Counted from the stretch's first letter, positions 42,221 to 52,832 are shown. The stretch: DNA of 64,000 nt from Paramoeba atlantica (GCA_977017575.1 CDRNVI010000073.1:86421-150420); one strand, 5' to 3'. The notes: generated by a model not told the origin, from the letters alone. Numbers and translations are program-made.

Positions 42221-43135
42221 ATGTTCTTTCCTCTTCCTTTGATTCCCACCCCCTGTATCTTCGATTCCCCTTTTTTCACAACACGCTGTGACGATTTTCA
42301 ACCTCCTCCTGCAAAACGTCGTCGGCGCGCTTCCTCCCATAAAGTACGCAACGCTCTTCTTCCCCCGGAGTTACAGCTTTTACAGTTTATTCACAATATC
42401 TCCTCGCGTGCGGTCGGTTGGAATGAGACCACCCCGGGGTGTAGGTGGCAAGGGGTGGAATGTGACAGAGAGGGCAACGTGGTGCGATTGGGATGGAATG
42501 CGGTGCATTTGACGAGTATGAAAAAAGACGAACCTTCCTCCTTGTCCTCTTCTCCAAAATGCGATGGCAAAAACCTTTCTTTAGGAAATCATACCGATCG
42601 CGGACTCAGTTGGTCTCATCTCCCTTCCACAATTCAACACATCAACTTTTTGTGTTGCTATTTCTTTGGTCCGGTCCCGACGTCTGAACTCCCCTCTTCT
42701 CTGATCCATTTAGTTCTCTCTCACAACTTTTTTCGAGGTTCTTTTGACATGAGCCAACTTCCGGCAAAGCTCGAAGTCGTGCGCATCAGCTCGAATTTCT
42801 TTTCGGGTCCTTTCCAGCTTGCTGCTCTTCCTGCCGGGCTAGATATTGTACTCGCGGGATGGAATTCGTTTTCTGGGTCTCTGGAACTTCGTTTTTTACC
42901 TCAAACGTTGTCGGTACTCGATGTCGGCAACAATAAACTCTCTGGTGTTGTATCCTTTGATTCTCTTCCGCAGTCCATGCGCAGATTGGGATTGCGAGAA
43001 AACCATTTCGAGGGAACAGCGGATTTGAGGCAATTGCCTCCTTGGATGGAGGAGCTCGATTTACGAGGTAATGCATGGAAGGAGGTGGTGAGTTGTCCCA
43101 AGCATTTAACGACGTGGAGTTCTGTGGGAAGCTAG
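42221..43135 (+). CDS. Leucine-rich repeat protein
   Basis: GWNETTPGCRWQGVEC cap; NFFRGSFDMSQLP-type repeats; PPPAKRRRR motif. Start uncertain. Confidence 0.88.
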   Translation: MFFPLPLIPTPCIFDSPFFTTRCDDFQPPPAKRRRRASSHKVRNALLPPELQLLQFIHNISSRAVGWNETTPGCRWQGVECDREGNVVRLGWNAVHLTSMKKDEPSSLSSSPKCDGKNLSLGNHTDRGLSWSHLPSTIQHINFLCCYFFGPVPTSELPSSLIHLVLSHNFFRGSFDMSQLPAKLEVVRISSNFFSGPFQLAALPAGLDIVLAGWNSFSGSLELRFLPQTLSVLDVGNNKLSGVVSFDSLPQSMRRLGLRENHFEGTADLRQLPPWMEELDLRGNAWKEVVSCPKHLTTWSSVGS

Positions 43136-43423
43136 TCATTTTTGAGGCTTCTTGAATGCCACCGTTATCCTTCTCAAAGCATCTGCGTTGCCTAAGACAC
43201 GTGCAACCTTGATGTCTCGTCCTTTCACTATGAAACTTCAGAAACGAAACGTTTTTTAGTGGTTTCAGTGCACTTGCAAATGTACAAAGTATTGGTTTTT
43301 TAACGATACAATCTTCACGTTTTGATTTTACTTTCTGAAATTTATTGCGCTTCCTCAAAGTTTATTTTTATCCATTCTTAGCATCCATCTTTATTTTTAT
43401 CTATCTTGTAGCGTTGTTTCTTC

Positions 43424-44050
43424 ATGGATGAGAGTACGAATCATCTGAATCTTTCAGATGACGAATTAACTTTTGCACAGCGATGGAAGTCGCACGTTTG
43501 GGGCGCAAAATTACCAAAAGATTCTACGACGAATACGGCGAACTCGACAACTTTTGAAGAAAAGGGTTCTCTCCATGGTACGCGTGATTCAGTTAGAAGG
43601 GACCAACTTACTTCCACTACTGCAAACGTTTCTTCGTTAAACTCTGGCTTTCTTTTTGAATTCTCAGCGAACCAAGAAACGGATAGTGCAGATCAGTCGA
43701 ACATATCGCCTACAAAGGAAAGTTCATCCAAGCAGAATAAAAAATATACTGGTTCGGATCCTGACGAGGATGCGTTTGTTGGGAAGCTTTTTGAAAAGTA
43801 TGTAAGGGGTCCCATATTATCACCTAGCGTTCTTAATGATATGTTATCGCTTCCTTCTAAGGCTGCCGAAGATGCAAGGCTTTTCTTTGAATCGCGTTGG
43901 ACGACGATCGAAGCAAAAGCACAACAAAAAGTTATGCGTCAAGCCATACGAGACCTAGAAGCTGAGAGACGTGTCTCTCAATTTTCTCGTTCTTCTCACA
44001 CCAAAAAAATAGACAAAGATCAGTTTTCTCGTAAAAGAGAGAACACTTGA
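43424..44050 (+). CDS. Hypothetical protein (208 aa)
   Basis: ATG-initiated ORF in the + strand cluster; no recognised motif. Confidence 0.6.
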   Translation: MDESTNHLNLSDDELTFAQRWKSHVWGAKLPKDSTTNTANSTTFEEKGSLHGTRDSVRRDQLTSTTANVSSLNSGFLFEFSANQETDSADQSNISPTKESSSKQNKKYTGSDPDEDAFVGKLFEKYVRGPILSPSVLNDMLSLPSKAAEDARLFFESRWTTIEAKAQQKVMRQAIRDLEAERRVSQFSRSSHTKKIDKDQFSRKRENT

Positions 44051-44245
44051 TATTTAGAGCTGTACATTTATAATTTTCTCGTATAGCTTAATACGTGGTA
44101 CACAAGCTTGATTATTTGCATAACACAATCTTTATTTTCTTCAGCTATTTGTTTCCAAACCAATTCAGTTTTTCGTTGAGTCTTTAACGCTTTTTGATGT
44201 GAACTCTTTTTTCTTCATTTTTTCCTTTGCTTCCTGATTCTTCTT

Positions 44246-44839
44246 ATGCAGTGCGCGGATAAAACCACTCCTCGCGCAGGCAAAGTTCGCAACGCTCGTC
44301 TTCCCATAGAGTACTTACTGGAGAGAGTGGTTGAGAAAATACACTCTACAGTAGAAAATGCGATCGTCTCATGGAATACGTCCACTCCCGCATGTCAGTG
44401 GCATGGCGTGAAATGTGATGAAACGGAAAGCGTAGCCTCACTCCACTGGGCAGCACTTGGGCTCCACGGATCTATATTTTTAGACACTCTCCCACCCACG
44501 CTTTTGCATTTGGACATTTCAAGTCCCATTCTTGGTGAAAACAAGAACGCGCTGTTTGGTGAGTTGTCTTTCAGGACTCTCCCCCGAGGTCTTTTGACTT
44601 TAGATGTGCGAAATAACGATTTATGGGGAACTTTTGACGCACGCTTGCTTCCTCCTACGATTACAAAGGTTTGTATTGGTGGTAATGGTTTTATGGGTGA
44701 GGTTGTATTTAAAGAGTTACCTGCTTCGCTGGAATTCCTGGATGTCTCTTATAACGATCAATTAACGGGGACACTTGTAGAGAGCCAGTGTCGGTCCTTG
44801 GGGTATAACATTGTTTCTACACGCATTTGGTGTTTTTAG
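44246..44839 (+). CDS. Short leucine-rich repeat protein
   Basis: SWNTSTPACQWHGVKC cap; LDVRNNDLWG, LPASLEFLDVSYN repeats. Confidence 0.85.
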   Translation: MQCADKTTPRAGKVRNARLPIEYLLERVVEKIHSTVENAIVSWNTSTPACQWHGVKCDETESVASLHWAALGLHGSIFLDTLPPTLLHLDISSPILGENKNALFGELSFRTLPRGLLTLDVRNNDLWGTFDARLLPPTITKVCIGGNGFMGEVVFKELPASLEFLDVSYNDQLTGTLVESQCRSLGYNIVSTRIWCF

Positions 44840-45073
44840 CCATTGTACATCTACAATACTTTTATCTTTTTTTCAATGCAATGTGGAATCGAATGGAAGA
44901 TTTTTTTCTAGATTTGTCTTACCTCATACACTGCATTGGCCCACAGATTTAACACATTCAATTTGTATTTGTCGCATAATAAACATTCGGAAATTTTTCT
45001 CTCAATATTCTGAAATTTTAAACCTAAACATTAGCTTTTCATCTTTTGTGTCGTCTTATTTTTGCCTTTCGTT

Positions 45074-47464
45074 ATGCCATCTTCTCACCATCACCGCAGT
45101 CATCATCACAGCCCACGCCGTCACGCCTCCCCTGACTCTTCATCACGGCATCATAACTCCTCATACCGTCGCTCTTACTCCGACAGACACTCCCACAGGA
45201 GTGAAAAAGAAGAACGCCATCGATCTCCTTCCTATAGAGATAAAACACATCGCTCCAGATATGAGAGTGACTCCCACCGGTCCAGTCATCACGATCGGTA
45301 CGAATCCTCCCATCATTCCCGAGACACACGGCGACGTTCCACATCCGTAGACGACAAATATCGTGACAAAAAACGAGAAAGAGAAGACACGTCTTCGAGA
45401 AGAAAAAGCAGAGAACGAAATAACTCTTATTCGTCCTCTTCACGGCAGCATCGTGATTCCTATGGAGACGACTCTCGTCGTCGTGATTTGTCCTCTCCTT
45501 CTCGAAAACGTTCCTCACATAATTTTATAGAAGACGACCTCCGGAGCTCCAGACGACGGACATCCCCGCAAAAACGAGATTCCCCACAATGTTCTTCTTC
45601 TTCTTCGTTTTCTCACGTAACCCATTCTTACTCTAAAACACAGTCTGCTCTTCCCTCCTCTACTTCCCAAGCGAAATCATCCACGCCTCACGAAAAAGCC
45701 ATTTTAGAACAAATCATCACCGAAGCCGTGAGTAGTCGTACCAAACAGTCCCCCCTCTACACGACACCCTCCCTACGCGAAACCCCTCATTCCGGTCTCC
45801 AAGGGTTAGCGTTGGAAAACGTGTCGTTGTCGCTGTCTTCTCTTGCGGCTGTTTTAGGGAATGATTTCTCACTTTCTTCACTTTCCTCTTCTTCTTCTTC
45901 TGGAGTTTCTTCGTCAAACCATAGGGTTGAACTTCCACAAATTCCAAGCTCGATCCCTGCAAAACTTTATGTTGGCAATGTTCACACCTCTGTACGAGAA
46001 GAGCAAGTTTGGGGAGAGATTGAAACCCAGACGGTGTGTGAGATTACGAAAGTCACCATGGGGTATCGCCCCGGGGAAGTGCTGAGCTCCTCGGCGCCTC
46101 ATCGTGGCTTCTGTTTTGTAGAGTTTGTGGATTTTCGAGGCGTGCAAAATGCGATGCTGCTTCCCCCAGGGGCGTTGGAACTGAATGCACGACGGTTGAA
46201 GCTGCAATTGCCGAAAATGACAGAGGATGCTCTGCGGTCGGCCAAAATTACGCTTCCCATATTCGAGAATTTACCTCGAATGGTGCAACAAACGTTGGAG
46301 GATGCGCTGGGGACGATTTTAGCGAGGAAATTCGGGACGGCGTTGTCGTCAGTTTCACCATCTAGCTCTTCTGGTCGTTTAATGTCTGGAAATGCAGCCA
46401 CATTTCTCACTTCTCCATTAGATGCACTAACACTTGTTACCGCAGGCGAGGACAACGAATCCGCCGTACAATCTTGCGTCACCGATGCTGCAACGGAAAA
46501 GGCTCTCCAAGATCTGATTCAAAAATGTGCCGAGAAGGCTTGTCCCATGCCTTGGGGGGAGAACCCTCCGCCTTCTTATTCAACCTCTTTAAAAGATACA
46601 GAATCTTCTAGTTTTCTAAAACTTTTAGGCGGTTCGTTGTCTACGGAAAAAGCACCTGATTCGGCGACCAACGGAAAAGAAAAGGGGCTCGTCAGTGAGA
46701 CGGTCCCGTCTTTACCGTCCAATGCGGCTTCTACTTCGGTTCGACCCTTTGATCTCTCCTTGTGTAAACCTTCTCGCGTGGTCGCTTGTAGTCTTACCGG
46801 GACTCTCCCGCTTCACACCCTACTCACTGTGTTATCTCAAAATCCAAATCCTCAACCTATCAACCCCCCAACACGTGAAAATAAAACAGAAACCACATCC
46901 CACCCGTCTTTCGATAAGGAAAACACAAATGCGAAAGAAAGCACAAAGGGGCTAAAAGCAGAATCCCATGAGTTTCCCGCTGTTTCCCCCTCAGTGCCCT
47001 CTCCCCCCACCACCACATCCCATCTACTCACCACGAACTCAACCCTTTTACATGAAATTTTGAACTCCTCTTCAACCCTTGCCGCCTTCCCCTCCGAGGA
47101 GGAGCTCTCGGATCTGTTCCTTCGTTACATTTACGAAACTGCAGCTCCGTTTGGTTTTCTTCAACGCGTCGTTCGCTACACCGAGCAGCACCCCACGGGG
47201 TTTACGAAACTTCGTGTTTTATTAGAGTTTACTTCGACAGCGTTGGCCACTGAAATGGTGCAACGAAACGATTGTAAGCTATGGACCCAGTGTATGGGGG
47301 AGTATTTAGGGGAAGAGGGAAAACGAAAGGATGGACTCGCCAATGTTGAAATGACCGGGTGGGATCCGTTAGGGTGGCGCACACTGCTGAAAGGGATACG
47401 ACTGAGAGCGCAGTTTGTTCCCGAGGAGACGTTTCAAAAAGCGCTGAAAAACTGTAGTGAGTGA
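45074..47464 (+). CDS. RS-rich RRM protein with a C-terminal UHM-like domain (PUF60-like)
   Basis: N-terminal R/S/D/H-rich tract; RNP2 KLYVGNV; RNP1 HRGFCFVEF; C-terminal PFGFLQRVVRY...RVLLEF resembles a UHM. Confidence 0.7.
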   Translation: MPSSHHHRSHHHSPRRHASPDSSSRHHNSSYRRSYSDRHSHRSEKEERHRSPSYRDKTHRSRYESDSHRSSHHDRYESSHHSRDTRRRSTSVDDKYRDKKREREDTSSRRKSRERNNSYSSSSRQHRDSYGDDSRRRDLSSPSRKRSSHNFIEDDLRSSRRRTSPQKRDSPQCSSSSSFSHVTHSYSKTQSALPSSTSQAKSSTPHEKAILEQIITEAVSSRTKQSPLYTTPSLRETPHSGLQGLALENVSLSLSSLAAVLGNDFSLSSLSSSSSSGVSSSNHRVELPQIPSSIPAKLYVGNVHTSVREEQVWGEIETQTVCEITKVTMGYRPGEVLSSSAPHRGFCFVEFVDFRGVQNAMLLPPGALELNARRLKLQLPKMTEDALRSAKITLPIFENLPRMVQQTLEDALGTILARKFGTALSSVSPSSSSGRLMSGNAATFLTSPLDALTLVTAGEDNESAVQSCVTDAATEKALQDLIQKCAEKACPMPWGENPPPSYSTSLKDTESSSFLKLLGGSLSTEKAPDSATNGKEKGLVSETVPSLPSNAASTSVRPFDLSLCKPSRVVACSLTGTLPLHTLLTVLSQNPNPQPINPPTRENKTETTSHPSFDKENTNAKESTKGLKAESHEFPAVSPSVPSPPTTTSHLLTTNSTLLHEILNSSSTLAAFPSEEELSDLFLRYIYETAAPFGFLQRVVRYTEQHPTGFTKLRVLLEFTSTALATEMVQRNDCKLWTQCMGEYLGEEGKRKDGLANVEMTGWDPLGWRTLLKGIRLRAQFVPEETFQKALKNCSE

Positions 47465-48169
47465 AAAGGTAGGGTGTGCAGAAAGGGTGGAGATTTTAGA
47501 AACACAAGATACTGATTTCTGAAAAGTGTTGTTTTTTTGTTTTGAATTGCTCCCGTGCAAAGTGCAGATTCTACCTTAGTTCGCACCTCATTCGTATGAA
47601 TTCATCGACATATGACTCACCCCCCACGTATGCAGGGAGAGAAAATGTGCAACCGATTGAATCGCTCCTACTGGTATGTGGTTGTTGCTTCACTAATGTT
47701 GAATGCTTGTGATCACCCTTTCTAAAAAGGGATTACATGTTGCGTTCATATGACTTTTTCGTGCTCAAACATCATGATTTATAATCTTCATGTTTGAAAA
47801 AAGAAGTGTCAAAACGGAAAATCATTTTGATTCTCGTTTCTTAACATTCTAATGAAAAGATTTTCTCTCTCTGTTTTTTAATGAACGTTTTGACTGCATT
47901 ACATCTTTTGTGTCACGCCGCTAGTATTAAAAAACAATATTCAGAGAGCTTCGATCTGGTTTGTCAACTTACCGAACGACTTCTTTCCGCATGGCCAATA
48001 CGACACAGCTAAACAAGCTTTTTCCCTTTTTATCTGTAGCATCCGATTTCCTTTTTATACCCACTTCTCTCATCTTTTTTTTTCTCATCCTATTTCTTCA
48101 TTTTTAAATCACGGAAATTTTTTCGCTACTTTTCATTCTCCTATCCCCTCAAAACAAACAAAAATACAA

Positions 48170-50809
48170 ATGAAATACGTCATCATCACAGGTGGCGTTT
48201 GCAGTTCTCTTGGCAAAGGTGTCGCGACCTCTTCCTTGGGTGTTGTCCTGCAATCCTATGGTTATCACGTCACCGCGATTAAAATTGATCCCTACATCAA
48301 CGAGGATGCTGGACTGATGAGTCCCTTCGAACATGGCGAAGTTTATGTCCTAGATGACGGAGGCGAAGTGGACTTGGATTTGGGCAATTACGAACGCGCC
48401 CTGGGTCTTACCCTTGCAAGAGAAAACAACATCACCACAGGCAAGATTTATCGCCGGCTGCTCACAAAAGAGCGCAAAGGGGAGTATCTGGGAAAAACCG
48501 TTCAAGTCGTTCCGCATTTTACTACAGAGGTGAAGAGACACATAGAACGCGTATCTCGTATTCCCACGGATGGAAGCGAGGCGATACCGGATATTTGTTT
48601 AATCGAGGTCGGAGGAACGGTAGGTGACATTGAGAGCATGCCTTTTCTCGAGGCGCTGCGTTTGATGAAGCATTCCCTTCCCGAGGACTCCTCGTTGGCC
48701 ATTCTCCATCTCAGTTATCTTCCCCGGCTGAGCGGGCAGAAAACAAAACCCACACAGCATTCCGTTCGTGCGCTACAAAGTTTGGGACTACAACCTCACC
48801 TTATTGCGTGCCGCTGTGACACTCCGGTCGAGACCGAGACGGCCGAAAAAATTGCCTCCCTTTGCAATGTTCGTCCCAGCGAGGTCATCTCTTTGCATAA
48901 CGTAGCTTCTCTCTATGAGGTTCCACTCATTCTTCACTCACAAAACATTGTCGAAAAACTGAGTCTACATTTAGGCCTACCCTCCGTAGCTACACGTCCC
49001 GTGCCCCTACCCTCTATACTCTCCGAGGTCTATTCCAACCTTTTATCCCCCGATTCTGCCCCCCAAGATACCAAAACCTCTTCTCTCTCCTTTCTTACAA
49101 AAGAACCACAAGAACAACAAAAGGAACGATCCTTACACGAACAACAACAACAACCTTCTGACACTTGTAGCCATCCACAACAACACCAAACTCAACTCAA
49201 TCAACCACATGGTTACCCTCAACAAAACGTGACTCAACCACAACAACAAATTCAACCCAACCCACCAAGTGGTTACCCTCAACAAGAAAAACAACAACAA
49301 CAACAACAACAAATTCAACCCAACCAATCAAGTGGTTACCCTCAACAAGAACAAGAACAACAACAAATTCAACCCAACCCACCAAGTGGTTACCCTCAAC
49401 AAGAAAAGCAACGACAACAAGAACAACAACAAATTCAACCCAACCCACCAAGTGGTTACCCTCAACAACAACAAGAACAACAACAACAACAAATTCAACC
49501 CAACCAATCAAGTGGTTACCCTCAACAAGAACAAGAACAACAACAACAACCAACATCACAACAGCCCCAACCCCCCCCTCTCCCCCCACGCACCCCCCCT
49601 CCCCTCCTACGCGCGTGGTCGCACCTCTTCCACGCGTCCCGCCTCCCCCCCACCCCCGCCCGCCCCCCCCTGCGCGTCGCGTTCGTCGGGAAGTACGTCA
49701 CCCACGGCAGCGGACTCGCCACCGACACCTACTTCAGCGTCGTGAAGGCGCTGGAGCACGCCGCGCTGGCCTGCGGCCGCCCCCTGGAGCTGTGCTGGGT
49801 CGCCGCGGAGGCCCTGGAGAGTGAGGACGGGGGCGGGGAAGGGGGGGGGAAGGGGGAAAGTAAAGCGGGAAAGGGACAAGGGGAACCGCTCGAATCCGTT
49901 TGCACCGGACAAGGCACCGTGCGGGAAAACGCGGAGAGGGTTTTGCTCTCGTGTGGTGGGGTTTTTATTCCTGGAGGGTTTGGCTCTCGTGGGGTTAATG
50001 GAATGATCCGTGCTGCGGAGTTGGCACGGACGAAAAAGATTCCCTATTTTGGGGTGTGTCTTGGATTTCAAATCGCGCTGCTGGAGATGGCACGAAATGT
50101 GCTGCATATGGAAAATGCGGTCAGTGAGGAGTTTGACACGCCCTCGGGTGGGGTGGATGCGAAAACAGATACAAACGGGGGAAAGGCAGGGAGTCACGCG
50201 GAACCGGGAAAACCAACGCATCATATTCTGAAATGGATGCCTGAGGTGGATCGAGAAACGATGGGTGCCAACATGCGCCTGGGAAGTCGTCGTGTGTTTT
50301 TTCCGGAGGCACTCCAGCAAAAGGATAAAATACTGTCTCCTATCGTGGAAACACAAACAATGAGTGAAGGCGTGTCCAAAAAGTCTGTGAATTCCAATTC
50401 GGAAAAGCTTTCTCAAGAATTTCAGGTCAAACAAGGGCGTGCCACTTCCTCACCACTCTCCATGTCTTTCCGCATGTACGGTTGTCAAAGAGTGATTCGC
50501 GAACGACATCGACATCGTTATGAGTTCAACACGGAGTACAAATCCGATTTCGAAAATTGTGCACATGTGACGTTCCCCTCTATGGACCACACTGCTCAAC
50601 GTATGGAAGGAATAGAGCTCAACTCTTCGGTGCATCCCTTCTTTCTAGCCGTGCAGTACCACCCGGAGTTCAAGTCCCGACCTTTTTCACCTTCTCCTCC
50701 CTTTTATTTGTTTATGAAAGCTGTTGCAGAAGGCCGTGACGGTGTGGATGGTCTGCTGCAGTGCTTGGGCAATACCCTTCCAGCAGAGCACTACCGCACA
50801 TCTAAATAA
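48170..50809 (+). CDS. CTPS: CTP synthase with a long Gln/Pro-rich repeat insertion
   Basis: MKYVIITGGVCSSLGKG, KIDPYIN, EVGGTVGDIES, GGFGSRG, GVCLGFQ (Cys), RERHRHRYEFN, QYHPE (His-Glu). Confidence 0.96.
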   Translation: MKYVIITGGVCSSLGKGVATSSLGVVLQSYGYHVTAIKIDPYINEDAGLMSPFEHGEVYVLDDGGEVDLDLGNYERALGLTLARENNITTGKIYRRLLTKERKGEYLGKTVQVVPHFTTEVKRHIERVSRIPTDGSEAIPDICLIEVGGTVGDIESMPFLEALRLMKHSLPEDSSLAILHLSYLPRLSGQKTKPTQHSVRALQSLGLQPHLIACRCDTPVETETAEKIASLCNVRPSEVISLHNVASLYEVPLILHSQNIVEKLSLHLGLPSVATRPVPLPSILSEVYSNLLSPDSAPQDTKTSSLSFLTKEPQEQQKERSLHEQQQQPSDTCSHPQQHQTQLNQPHGYPQQNVTQPQQQIQPNPPSGYPQQEKQQQQQQQIQPNQSSGYPQQEQEQQQIQPNPPSGYPQQEKQRQQEQQQIQPNPPSGYPQQQQEQQQQQIQPNQSSGYPQQEQEQQQQPTSQQPQPPPLPPRTPPPLLRAWSHLFHASRLPPTPARPPLRVAFVGKYVTHGSGLATDTYFSVVKALEHAALACGRPLELCWVAAEALESEDGGGEGGGKGESKAGKGQGEPLESVCTGQGTVRENAERVLLSCGGVFIPGGFGSRGVNGMIRAAELARTKKIPYFGVCLGFQIALLEMARNVLHMENAVSEEFDTPSGGVDAKTDTNGGKAGSHAEPGKPTHHILKWMPEVDRETMGANMRLGSRRVFFPEALQQKDKILSPIVETQTMSEGVSKKSVNSNSEKLSQEFQVKQGRATSSPLSMSFRMYGCQRVIRERHRHRYEFNTEYKSDFENCAHVTFPSMDHTAQRMEGIELNSSVHPFFLAVQYHPEFKSRPFSPSPPFYLFMKAVAEGRDGVDGLLQCLGNTLPAEHYRTSK
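49170..49560 (+). repeat. Six coding repeats Q(n)IQPN(PP/QS)SGYPQQ within CTP synthase
   Basis: Repeated CAACAAATTCAACCCAAC..AAGTGGTTACCCTCAACAA units separated by CAA/GAA runs; the first copy is diverged. Confidence 0.92.
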
Positions 50810-51432
50810 AAACCTGATATGATGAACAAAACAGAGAAAAAACATCGCAGAAATGTGCAAACTCAAAAAAAGCAGGACAATATCAATATGTATACATGTA
50901 GATACATGTAATTGTTTTCCAGAATTCCCTTTCCAATTTTTCCGAATCCCCCTTCCAATTAACGAAATTTACAGTACGGTGCTCGTAAATTTTTGTGAAA
51001 CAAAAATGCCGTAAAACACAAATTTGTGAAATATTAAATCGTGAACAAATTTCGAAATGACGTCCAGCCTTTTTTTATTTTTTTATGTTCTTTCTAGACT
51101 TTTTACGTATTTTTCAATGGGGGGCGTTGGAGAAATGATTTTTTTAAAATCTCTTGTGCAGAACTCGAGAAGTACGGCGACGAACACTGACCTGACTGAA
51201 GAGCAAAAGGACTGTATTTTCGCCAAAACACGTGGAACATTTAACGGACAATCTAAATCTAAATTTTGGTTAACACTCGAACTCAAAGCATTTCAATCCA
51301 CAGAGTAGAACATACTGCCCCCCCCGTTTAAGCGCACCTCGTTTTCCGTGACAAGTGCGCTTAAAAGGGGGAGGTCTGAATCACTACGTAAACAAAAATT
51401 AGCGCCGCTTCCCGAAGGAAGAAGGAAGAAGG

Positions 51433-51773
51433 ACAAAAGACGATGGTCATACAAACAACGATGGTCATGCAAACAACGACGGTCATACAAACAACGATGG
51501 TCATACAAACAACGATGGTCATACAAACAACGATGGTCATGCAAACAACGATGGTCATACAAACAACGATGGTCGTAAAACAACGATGGACTTACAAAAA
51601 ACGATGGTATTAAAAAAGACGATGGTTTTACACAAACCGATGGTCTTACAAAAGACAATCGACCTACAAAAGTTAATGGTTTTACAAAAAACGATGGTAT
51701 TAAAAAAGACGATGGTCTTCCAAAAGACAATGGTATTAAAAAAGACGATGGTCTTACAAAAAACGATGGTTTT
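51433..51773. repeat. 18-bp minisatellite array I (consensus AAAAAACGATGGTCTTAC)
   Basis: About 19 degenerate units. Confidence 0.92.
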
Positions 51774-51971
51774 CTCTCTGGAGCGAATCAATTGTGGTTA
51801 AGGAACCACAATTTGGTGGCAAGAATCTGCAAGACCATTGTCGTTGTATTCATTTGTAAGTCTTGTGTACGTATTTAAGTTGGAAGCTACAAGCTGAAAG
51901 TTGTATTTCTCTACTTAAAACATTAAAAAAATTCAAAATTTTGAAAAATGCGAATTTTGCTTTAATTTAAC

Positions 51972-52140
51972 CCGATGGTCTTACAAAAAACGATCGTCTT
52001 ACAAAAAACGATGGTCTCATAAAAAACGATGGTCTCATAAAAAACAATGGTCTTACAAAAGACGATGGTCTTACAAAAGACGAAGGTCTTACAAAAAACG
52101 ATGGTCTTATAAAGAACGATGGTTTCATATAAACGACGAT
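51972..52140. repeat. 18-bp minisatellite array II
   Basis: About 9 units, same consensus and orientation. Confidence 0.9.
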
Positions 52141-52832
52141 ATTTTTGTTGCGTCATCTTGGATGACGTGGTGATGGAAGCCTGTACCGCACTTAAACATC
52201 CACTGTTTAAGGAATTTTTAATCTTTTTCCAGGCTCAGAACCAGAACCAAGGTAAAGCTCATAAATTTTACTGAGGGAGATACTACTCCCTCGCTACCGT
52301 AGGTTAATTCGCCGTGCCCGATTTGTGGCCCGATTTCGTGCCCCATTTGTTGCCCGATTTCGTTTCAGGTGAGTTTTCGAAAACAATGTTTACAAAGACG
52401 TATGAATCGAATTCAATGACAAGATCACTAATTTTTCAACAATTCCGATGTGTACCCCCTGCCCCCCCCCCTTCCCACCAGGGTGATCATAGAATTTTTG
52501 AATTTCTGAAAAAATCTGAAAATTTATGGGCGAAAGTAAAAACATTTATTTTTCTCAAATCAATTCCTAGAGCGTTTTTTGAGAGTTTGGGGCCTGATAT
52601 ACCCTGTGTACGCTTTGGTTTCATTCGATATTTCTCCACCCTGTGCCAGTAATACACCTACAAAGGCCAAACTTTACCTGGAAGTGTGTGACACGCAAGG
52701 CCGTAGAGGAAGGAGGAGGCACAAGGCAAAAAGGCAGAACGCGGATCCTTTTGTCTTTTTGGCGCGGCGACGACGACTTCCTCGCGTGGGAAGCTGTAAG
52801 AGGTTCTAGGGAGCATGTTTCGATGGCTATGT

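Noticed and set aside
35822-44245. Hydrophobic leaders upstream of the first ATG in several ORFs (Hsp70, LRR 42149, LRR 44246) as signal peptides
   Set aside because: They coincide with T-rich polypyrimidine tracts, which translate to Phe/Leu; probably UTR.
28580-50809. Genome-wide stop-codon reassignment in the host
   Set aside because: Thousands of codons in separase, Hsp70, NOP58 and CTPS contain no internal stops, and TAA, TAG and TGA all terminate genes at sensible positions.
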